Of a DNA stretch of 64,000 bases, positions 49,035 through 64,000 are shown in pieces. Position 1 is the first letter of the stretch. Every line of letters begins with the position of its first letter. Below the pieces are notes generated by a model. That model worked only from the letters and a program-made list of their open reading frames with translations, made no database searches and was not told the origin of the DNA. This DNA is from the human T2T-CHM13v2.0 reference genome, Homo sapiens. The stretch lies in the NCBI RefSeq assembly GCF_009914755.1, contig NC_060931.1; one strand, written 5' to 3'. The translations under genes and the position numbers were made by a program.

Positions 49035-50800
49035 TGAGTAGAGAAATATGAAACCGTCTTTTCACAGACCCCTCAACTGTGTAATCCATGTGAATTGTAT
49101 TTGTCACAGAGATAGTTGGCAATAAACTTATAACATTACTTTCCCTGCTGTACAGCCATTTAGAGAAAATGTAGAATAGACTGCATTTCTTTTCATATTT
49201 GCCCAAAAGCAGCTTTAAAAATTATCTGTTGGCTTCAGGTAATACAGCAAATGACAGAGATTTTTAGAGTTCCTGTCTGCTGAACATAGCAACTCTGTTA
49301 GATTTCTTCTTTAAATTTGTCTTGCTAATTCTTAGAAAGAAGCATTTGTGCCTTGAGAAGAACATTGCATAATCCAACACCCGTGCCTTAAACCATGTAT
49401 CTGTTAGGCATAATAATACCAAAGTCCACTGAGAGTTAGACACTGTTTTAATCTTCCCTGTCGCTGTTTACTTTGGCCTGACGTTAAAGTCAACCAAACT
49501 TTTAGTACCTGTTTTTAGGTACTAACTGTTTTAGGTGTTGTGGGTGATACAGGATAATTATTATACATGACCTTTGCCCTTGAGGAGCTTATAAACTGTT
49601 TGGAAAAGAAAAACAAACTGACAAAATGCATAGAAAAAATTAAATGCCAAATAAATTGATTCCCGTTTCATTTAGTGTTTGCTGTGTGCCCGAGGCTTGG
49701 TTATAGAAAGGTAAATACAAATGTATTCCTTTTCCCTCAAATAGCTCACAGCCTCCTAGAAAGTTACCTGTATAAGCCAATAAACATTTCAACATGACAA
49801 ATCTAACAAATCTTTGAAGTGCAGTAATAATATCCCAATATGCAAATGAGGAAGCTGAGACTAAATGAAGGTCAGTGACTTGCTCAAAGTAGCAATTAGA
49901 AAGAACCTGGATTCAAACTTAGACATTTATAGGAGCTCTTATTTTTTCTTCCACACCACACTTTCTGTTTCAAGAGTCCTAAAAAGAGGAACTGAGTTCT
50001 TCATTTAAGGTAAATAGTAAATTTGCCAACTGATTATAGTTTGCCTGATATTCATGTATTTACATAGTTAAGGTGTGATCTTATTAATTGTACATGTATA
50101 CACTAATATATGAGTAGTATGGTACTGAACTGGAAGGGTTCATTTGATGAAAAGGGTGGTGTGCACTAGACTTAGGTATTTCCACAAGTAGGGATTGATG
50201 GGTAGGTAGGTAGACTAGGCCAAGGTGTAAGGGAGGAACTCTGGGATTTCCAAGCAGAGAGAAGTATGAGAAACTGACAGTAGGACAAGGTTAGTAGGAG
50301 AAAAGCTCTAACATGTTGGGCAGGGGACTTGATACTTGAGTGGTGAGGAACCATCAAAGACTTTCAAACACGACTAACAGGTTGGACGTGAGTGACTCAG
50401 TGATTCACTGTTTTTTGTTGCTCTCAATCTGTGCACAATTTCAGCTCTGGTTTAAAAATATAACCTTAGAAAGTGGGATTTTGATTTTAAAAAGTAAATA
50501 TAGAAGGCCTGTATTAGGTTGGTAATAAATGTATAACATGTTTATTAGGTGTCTAGCGTTGTCCTAAATATTAACTTTATACTAGTATCTATTACCAACA
50601 TAAAAAACTACGTTCATCTTTAGGGTCACAACTATAGTAGCTTCTTATTCCATCCAATATGTATTTAAGCATCTTTGGTTCTGAAGTTGGGCAAGGGTTT
50701 GTATAGATTGGTATAAACATTTTAAGGATAACAGAAACTACAATAAAGTTTTTTGTTTTTTGTTTTTTTTTACTCTAAAATAACCTTGAAGTAATTTTTA

Positions 50801-51174
<374 letters not shown>

Positions 51175-51825
51175 TTAGTAAAGCTCTTAATAGGATGAAA
51201 GATGCTCTCTGAGATAAATATAAGGAGATTCTTTGTTAACCTCCATAATATCCGGGATGTTATTTAAAGTCAAAATTTTACTGTAACTCCTTAACAGCCA
51301 GTTTTCATTGTAAGTGTATAATTATATCTTGTGGAAAAATCATAGATTTTGTGTGTGTGTATTTTTATTTATACATGACTCATTCATATTCGTGATTATA
51401 TTTATTTAGTTCTCTAATATTCACAGTTTAATTTAGTTGGCCTGTGTTTTTTTCTCCTCTAAGGAAATAAGAAAACTTGTCCTGTTAGCTTTTGGATTAT
51501 TAAATCTTTCCTCCTTCTTTTCTTGAAAATTTCAAGTTGTCAGCCATTTTCTTGAATTTGTCATGCTTTTTACAGTTATCAAAATCTGAAGGTAGTCATA
51601 AAAAATAGAAGTAGAGACTAGCTCCTTAAAATCTTAAGTAGTATATGTGCATAAGAAGTATTATTAGGAAGTATATCCATGTTATAAATCTAAACAAATA
51701 AGAAGTATATCCATGTTATAAATCCTTCCTGGTCCCCTTTTATGGCTAAAATGGTTGTTACCTAATTTTGTTTGTGCTTTTAAACTGGTAGGACACCTGT
51801 GGAAAACTGTCCTCTTCTCTCCTAG

Positions 51826-52047
51826 GCCACAGACCTCCACCAGCACGAAGTGGACATCGTTGTGTGGCAGATAATACCAACCTATATGTGTTTGGAGGTT
51901 ATAACCCAGATTATGATGAATCGGGAGGGCCTGATAATGAAGACTATCCTCTCTTCAGGGAACTCTGGAGGTATCATTTTGCTACAGGAGTATGGCACCA
52001 GATGGGCACAGATGGCTACATGCCCCGGGAATTGGCATCTATGTCAC
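51826..52047 (+). CDS. KLHDC10: KLHDC10 exon 3 (first kelch repeat), 222 nt, phase 1-1
   Basis: Acceptor CCTCTTCTCTCCTAG|, donor CAC|GTGAGT; encodes HRPPPARSGHRCVADNTNLYVFGGYNP...RELASMS. Confidence 0.96.
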
Positions 52048-52381
52048 GTGAGTGCAAGCAGTTCGTAACTCCTGACTTTATGAAATGTCTGAGAAGCCAG
52101 GTTCAATGTCCCATATTCCTCATTAATAATTTATAACACTATAATGTGATTTCGCCCTGTGGGTGGATAGGCTTTTTACTAGGGTAATAACAGTATGGTG
52201 ATTCCAAATTATTTGGGTCCTGAGTTTGAATTCAGCTTGTCAGGTGAGTTTTAGCTTTAATTTCCTAACTTGCAAAATGGGATTAATAATATCTTAGAGG
52301 GTTCAATATAAAGTATCACGCAGTAGAAGGTCAACAAATGGGGCTTATGACGATGACAGTTAATAGCTGTTGAGCAAAGTA

Positions 52382-54310
<1,929 letters not shown>

Positions 54311-54313
54311 GTG

Positions 54314-55268
<955 letters not shown>

Positions 55269-55767
55269 CTATTTTGAGAGAGAGAAAGAGCATATGTATG
55301 AGTGAAGAGAATACGTGTGTACAGTGTGCATGTGTATGTTTGTGTGTGTGGTGGCAGGAACAAAAGAGCTACAGGAGGAAGAACACCAAAGTTACCTGCA
55401 GGATATTGGTGTGTTTTGTTTTAATCTGGTAGAGGATTAAAATGACAGAAACCATAATTGTAAATTTAGAAATCATTCTCCTGGCAAAAACAGAATGTCC
55501 CTTTAGTCCCTTTATTCTGAGTCCCCTTGGGTCTTTGCTAACGCAAAGATGATACTTCATTTTTCTCTGCTTTGCTGCATGCTTGAACTGTCTTCAGCAG
55601 CAGTGGTATACTGGGTAGACTGTAGTTCATGGAACTCAATATTATTATACACAGTATTTAGTGAATTCCATAAATATGTATTGAATACGTCATATATGCC
55701 TAGCAATGAACTATGTGATAGAGCCCATATAGTGGAATTAGATCTTTTTCTGCAGAACTTTGTAGTA

Positions 55768-55992
55768 TAGGCTATGTATCCCTTATCTGAAATGCTTGGG
55801 ACCAGAAGTGTTTCACATTTCAAAATTTTTTTTTGAATATTTGCATTGTACTTAGCATACCAAATCCAAAACTTTGAAATCCAACATGTTCCAGTGAGCA
55901 TTTCCTTTAAGCATCATTGTTGGTGCGCAAAAAGTCTAATTCGGATTTTGAATTAGACTTCAGATTTTCAGATTTGGCACGCTCAGCTACTA
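55768..55992. mobile_element. Tigger4/MER46-like MITE
   Basis: TATCCCTTATCTGAAATGCTTGGGACCAGAAGTGTTTC...TTCAGATTTTCAGATTTGG..GCTCA. Confidence 0.78.
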
Positions 55993-56129
55993 GTTAGATG
56001 TCAGTGGTTTGAGCTATCTTATGAGATCATTAAAGCAGATATGTGTAGCTTCTCAGATATTCTGGGTTTATGTGGGAACAAATTGCAGGTAGCCATTTGT
56101 GAACAGAACTTGTGCTTCTCCTTCCTCAG

Positions 56130-56284
56130 TTGTGCTGCATGGAAACAACCTGTTAGTATTTGGAGGTACGGGCATCCCATTTGGAGAGAGCAACGGCAAT
56201 GACGTCCATGTGTGTAATGTGAAGTATAAGAGATGGGCTTTGCTCAGCTGTCGGGGGAAGAAACCCAGTCGTATATATGGACAG
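56130..56284 (+). CDS. KLHDC10: KLHDC10 exon 4, 155 nt, phase 1-0
   Basis: Acceptor CTTCTCCTTCCTCAG|, donor CAG|GTACCA; encodes LVLHGNNLLVFGGTG...PSRIYGQ. Confidence 0.96.
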
Positions 56285-57434
56285 GTACCAATCTGTGGCC
56301 AGTCATGGTGTATTTGTTCATATTTTTCTAGTCTGGGGATGGTGTTAGAATATTTGTAATTGTTACCATTTTATTTTAATGGAGAAGAGTTCTTTGTGGT
56401 TAGTACTTGATTTTTTAGTTCTGATATGAAATTATAATTTGCAAATCTGGTTACTTGCTGTGTTCTTTTCTTTTCTCTTCCTTTCTTTTCTTTTTTTTTC
56501 ACTTTCTGTTTCTAATTCAATTTAGGTCAGGATGTAGACCTGTATGGAAGTTCCTTTAAATGTTAGAACCCCACCTCCACCTCTACCCTCACCCCCCGTG
56601 AGAGATTGGGCTTCACTATGGTCCGGGTCCTGGTCATTTTTAGAGTGATTCTTGAGTAGATGAGAAAGCACTTGGTGAAGAAACTTTTACATGGATCTGA
56701 GCTAAAACATACATTATGTAGAGATTAGTTTAGGTTCCAGCGCTTCAAACCTTAGGTCTGAAAAGTTATATCCAGAAAGATAGGGAGCAACCCACCATAC
56801 ATCAGAGACTCTTTGAGAGTTTAAGCTTAAAACAACCAAGCTTTGACTTCTTTCTTGACTCGCTGGCATTAGTACTGATAAACAGCTTCTGAGCTTAACT
56901 TCAAAGGAGCACATACTGGATAACTTTGTTGCTTCCACAGGAGGCATTTAAACTTAAGAAGTGGCCATAACAATAGCTGAAACTTTCATTGAAAAGGGTC
57001 CAGTGGAAAACATCAGGTGCCTTGAACTGCTAACTAGGGTTTCTACTTAGCAGATTGTGGTGGCTTATTTTCATATCTGCTGCTTCTTGAGAGCATTTTT
57101 CTTCAGACTGCTTATAAAGAGAAGCAGCTTTCAATGGAAATGCTTATGCCCATGGGCTAGAAATTATTTGATCAGCCAGGACCCTTAAGAATCATCTTGG
57201 GAGGTAGGACTTCCTTTCCAGTTGAGTAAAGCTTCACCTTTCTAAAGGTGTTTTCCAGGTTCTTAAAATAATCTCTGGGTTCTCTAAAATCTTTATTCTT
57301 TTAAGAGTCTGATACATTAAAAGATTAAAATACAAGAGAATTTCATAAAACCTGATTTGGAGGTATCTGGTAAGTTTACATTCTTTAATCAAGTGTTAAC
57401 AAGTCGGTCTTATTCACCTTTCCTTGTTATCCAG

Positions 57435-57583
57435 GCTATGGCCATCATCAATGGCTCCCTTTATGTCTTTGGAGGTACAACCGGCTATATTTACAGCACA
57501 GACCTGCACAAGTTAGATCTCAATACCAGAGAGTGGACACAACTGAAACCAAACAACCTATCCTGTGATCTACCAGAAGAGAG
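57435..57583 (+). CDS. KLHDC10: KLHDC10 exon 5, 149 nt, phase 0-2
   Basis: Acceptor TTGTTATCCAG|, donor GAG|GTGAGG; encodes AMAIINGSLYVFGGTTG...DLPEE. Confidence 0.96.
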
Positions 57584-57939
57584 GTGAGGTTCTAGGATTC
57601 AAGCATATTTATTCTTTCGTGCTAACATTTGACCTCTTTCAGAGTGTTGGCAATATGAAGAAAACCCTTTGGCCCCAGTTAGAATAACTAACTGGCTGTT
57701 GGATGTTAGATCTCAGGTAAATAGTAAAGAAAGGTCTATAGTAAAAAAAGTTCTTCTGGTGAGGAAATAATATTTCCTTCTAAACTACAGAATTTTTTTC
57801 CATGTCATTTCCTCTTATACTTTAGTCTCTCTGCATTAGGAAGATAGTAACACTTTGAAGAAGAAACCAGTGGTAACAACTATAACCAAATTTCATATTA
57901 CAGGCAAAACAGTTACCGTCCAGTTACTTTTTGATTTCC

Positions 57940-58230
57940 CTTTTTTTAAAGAAAGGGTCTCACTCTGTCACCTAGGCTGGAGTACAGTGACATAATCATG
58001 GCTCACTGCAATCTTGACCTCCTGGGCTCAAGGCATTCTCCCATCTCAGCCCTCCGCCCAAGTAGCTGGGAATACAGGCATGTGCCACCACGTCTGGCTA
58101 AATTTTTGTACAGATGAGGCCGCACCGTGTTGCCCAGGCTGCTTCTCAAACTCCTAGGCTCAAGTGATCTGCCTGCCCTTGGCTTCCCAGAGTGTTGGGA
58201 TTACAGGTGTGAGCCACCAAGCTGAGCCTG
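57940..58230 (-). mobile_element. Antisense AluJ-like element in intron 5
   Basis: Alu motifs with AluJ-like features (TTGACCTCCTGGGCTCAAG, TGTTGCCCAGGCTG). Confidence 0.9.
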
Positions 58231-58398
58231 ATTTCCCTTCTTAACTTGCATATTAGAATTCTTTGGCTCATTCTCTCACAGACATATCTTCAATACAGGG
58301 CACAGGGCCATCCCCACAGTGATGCCCAGTGAATGTTGATTGGATAGATGGAAGGAAGCTTGCATGGATGGATGGGTGATGAATGATAGATGGATGTA

Positions 58399-58438
58399 TG
58401 GATGGATGGATGGATGGATGGATGGATGGATGGATGGA
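58399..58438. repeat. (TGGA)10 microsatellite within a longer degenerate array (about 58340-58438) at an L2 tail
   Basis: Perfect tetranucleotide array. Confidence 0.95.
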
Positions 58439-58466
58439 AAGGTCATTCATTTTAAGTGCTGTGTTA

Positions 58467-58955
<489 letters not shown>

Positions 58956-59831
58956 TTAGATGAATCCAGTGCCTCTTTGTTGCCTCTTTAAACAAAATAG
59001 CATATAGGTGCTAAGGAAGAATTTATCTTAATTGTAGACTGTTAGTGGACTGATCATTGTAAAACTACCATAAGAGGACTTGGAAGTTGGCCTCTTACTG
59101 GAATGATTTTGATGTAGTTTATTTTATCAGCAACAAGGCCTTCAGGTAAAGAAGGAAATAGATTAAGTTTTCAAAGCATTTTCACATGGTTGCTTTCTTT
59201 AAGTCATTTTATGGACATATCATAAATTATTTTAGCTTTTAGCTAGACTGCCTGGATGAAAGTTCTGAGGTGTTTTATGTTATATCCACAGTTCTGTGTA
59301 GTATAATTTTCTGCTAAATAAGTATCTTAATTTGCAAACTCATAGTCTAAGGTCTCTAAATGTAGGCAGATCACTTTTTAAAACTATGTAATAATTTCCC
59401 CTTTATACAAAGTTATCACAAAAGATTATAGAAAAATCTACAAAATACAAATTAGCAAAATGAAGAAAATAAAAATCCAAGTCTAAACTCAAAGATAACC
59501 AGGTTTAATGTTTTGGATGATATCCTAATAGCCATTTTCTGTACATATTAATGTATCTATAAATTTTTAATGCAATTGATTAAAAAATAATGACACAAAA
59601 AAGTTCTCAATACATTAACCACCATCTGGTGCCTACTCTGTTACTGGTTGTATACTAATCCATTTTATGTATATTCTGTAAGTCATATAACCAATTCACT
59701 ATTGTTAAACGCCTAGGTTATTTCCAATAACTTATTGTTATAAATAATGATGTAATAAAAAACCTTATAGCTAAATCTTAGATAGGTCATTTTTCACTTA
59801 ATTATAAATGAATTTTATTGTAAATTTTCAG

Positions 59832-59916
59832 ATACCGACATGAAATTGCACATGACGGGCAGAGGATTTACATCTTGGGAGGTGGTACTTCCTGGACAGC
59901 ATATTCCTTAAACAAG
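59832..59916 (+). CDS. KLHDC10: KLHDC10 exon 6, 85 nt, phase 2-0
   Basis: Acceptor AATTTTCAG|, donor AAG|GTATAT; encodes (R)YRHEIAHDGQRIYILGGGTSWTAYSLNK. Confidence 0.95.
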
Positions 59917-60639
59917 GTATATTTTTTTAAAAAGAAAAAAAGGGAGAGGGAGAAGGATAGAAGGAGGCTTGCGTCAACCAAGCAAGATAATTCTGTTACT
60001 TTGGATATTTTAATTTTTGAGCACATTCCTCATTAACACCTATTTTGTGTTGGATGCACTTTATAAGGTCGAACCCTGTGCCCCAAAATGCTTTCAGTTG
60101 ACAGGTGTTATTTATCACACACTGAAAATACTTTATAAAAATTATCCCCTTATGCTGGAAAAGGAAAGTGACTAAAAGGAAGGCATAGTAGCTTGAATGG
60201 AGCAACTAATTAGAATTGGAACCAGCATTATCAGAATGTCACATCCGCATCATCATCACTGCTGTGTATCTAAAAAGAACAGGCTTGTTTAGGGTTGCAC
60301 GTCATGAACTTGAGAAAGCTGAGCTCTAAAGGGCTGTTATTCATCCATCCCTGTGGCATTTCTAAAATGTCATAGTCACACATCCCAGGGGAACCTAGAT
60401 TAGGCTGTAGAGCTCCTGGACTGCTTGGAACCTTAATGGTCTTTTTCAAGTTTTGTCAAAACTGAATTCCCACATTCCCTTACAAACACTTGCTTTTTTC
60501 TATTATAAAAATGATACATGCCCCTTGTAGAAAATGTGGAAGTTGCAGAACAACATATAGAAGAAAATCAAGCATCACATGCACTGCAGCTTCTCATTCC
60601 AACCTTTTTCTTCGTTTTTTTCTGTGAATTTTAAAAAGT

Positions 60640-62500
<1,861 letters not shown>

Positions 62501-62785
62501 ATAAAGATCTACCTATCTCCTTGTGGGTAAAAGGGCTTGGGAAAGCCACTAGCAACTCCTGTCCTTTCCCTCTTTGTTTCCGGCACCTTAGCATTGTACT
62601 GTTATGATGAGACTCCTGATGGCTTTTGAAATAAGGAGGGAGTGGAAGGACTAGTCAATGTTTGCTTAACATGTAACAAAGGGATTGTTTTGAGTTACAC
62701 GTAGTGTGTCTTTCACTGTGTTATATCAGTGTGGTTCCCAGTCTTTCTGTAAGTAATGGAACTTCTGTGTTTGTGTGTTTGGCAG

Positions 62786-62833
62786 GCTTTCCTGCAGCCC
62801 GAAGGTGTCACAGTTGTGTTCAAATAAAAAATG
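62786..62833 (+). CDS. KLHDC10: KLHDC10 exon 8, 48 nt, phase 1-1
   Basis: Acceptor TGTGTTTGGCAG|, donor ATG|GTAAGG; encodes GFPAARRCHSCVQIKN. Confidence 0.93.
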
Positions 62834-64000
62834 GTAAGGATTCTAAATAACATTTTGCTTCCATTTCTGTAATTGTATCTTCTGAAAATGTCTTATTTCC
62901 TAAGATAGCCCCCTCAAAAGAGGCTCATAACTTTGAGAAAAGTCTATTTCTTGTAAACTTAAAGGGAAATTCATAGTTATGCCTCTGTCAGCTGTTTTCA
63001 TAATGTAAACTAGTATGGTGTTTGGGTTCCTTCAGTTATTAGAGAACTCAAAAAATGGTGATAAATAAGCTTTTATTGTAGCACTTGATCTTTCAGCATC
63101 CCACACCTCAACAGATGTCTGTGGTTATGGTGGCTAATACTAATAATCTTGACTGTTTATACTGTAGAGACCTCAGCGAACATTGTATTAAAATTGTAAT
63201 AACTCCTTCAGAGTGTTATTTCATAAAGTTGATTCTGTTCTCTCTCTGATGCCAAATGGAACTCTTCACTCATTCTTTGGCCATATTACAACAAAGGCAT
63301 TGTATGGCTTCAGAAAGCAGCTGCAGCTACTTTAACTAAATGTGATAAGTGACTCCTCTCTGGATAACCTTCCTGTCTTTTAATTTACAACTTATTTCAT
63401 CGTCTGATATAGCTCTTAAATTTTTTCTGGGAGGAAAGCATGTATAAATGAGTTAGATAGCCTGTATGCTTTTAGCAACTTAGTTCAGATACAACTAGGA
63501 TTATTCTGCCATCTCTAGTTCAGAGGGATTTTTTATTGTGCTCCTGCTTTCTGGATAAGATTTATAGATAATGACATTGCTCACATTTCTCTCTGTGAGA
63601 ATGGAACTGTACTTTCAGTTTTCCTTGAATCCTAGCCAAAAAAGTTTCCAGTGCATTTTATAGCTTAAGTATTGGCTTAAACTTGGTCTAGACCTGAGTT
63701 AAGAAATTTATTCATTTAATTCTTTGAGGCCAAGCACCATACAAATAGAATTCAACCTTAGTTCTAGGCATTTCGTTTGAAGGTTCACATAGCCTTTGTT
63801 ACAAGTTATCTAATTAGTTATAACTAACTGATTTTACCAGAAAACCCACACCTTTCATTTTGGGAAAATTATTCCTAATAACTGTACAGATCAAACAGAG
63901 CTTCAGTTTGTCCTCTTCTCGCCGAAGAAAGCTTGGAAGAGCCTCTTTTGTGTTCCTAAACTGAACATTGCAGTGAAGTGAACGTTCCTCCTCAGGTTAA

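Noticed and set aside
62823-62828. AATAAA in exon 8 as a premature polyadenylation signal
   Set aside because: Explained by the Gln-Ile-Lys codons and adjacent to a strong donor; no other support.
63974-63995. Possible 22-nt micro-exon at the window edge
   Set aside because: Weak acceptor tract, and the donor context is truncated by the window end.

Overview
Human (or very close hominoid) genomic DNA containing the CpG-island promoter and the first 8 coding exons of KLHDC10 (kelch domain containing 10, a CRL2/Elongin-BC C-degron substrate receptor) on the + strand. The exons are 6004-6169, 32299-32385, 51826-52047, 56130-56284, 57435-57583, 59832-59916, 61247-61313 and 62786-62833: 979 coding nt, all GT-AG and phase-consistent. 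The gene continues beyond the window. The rest is repeat-dense: about 65-70 Alu copies or fragments by manual count, old L1M/L2/MIR fragments, two MST-type solo LTRs, DNA transposons (MER1B, MER33, Tigger1/2/4, a hAT-Charlie element) and microsatellites. Nearly all ORFs in the supplied track are repeat-derived artefacts. I found no foreign or prokaryote-like system. The most interesting signals concern RNA processing: (1) exon 2 looks like a recursive-splicing (RS) exon whose junction recreates a strong CAG|GTAAGA donor; (2) the inverted-Alu layout predicts exon 4-5 and exon 3-5 circular RNAs with junction-spanning ORFs; (3) a G5x4 quadruplex sits in the N-terminal coding sequence; (4) there are several candidate cryptic or alternative exons. 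Repeat family names and boundaries come from recalled consensus sequences and are approximate unless TSDs/TIRs are given.
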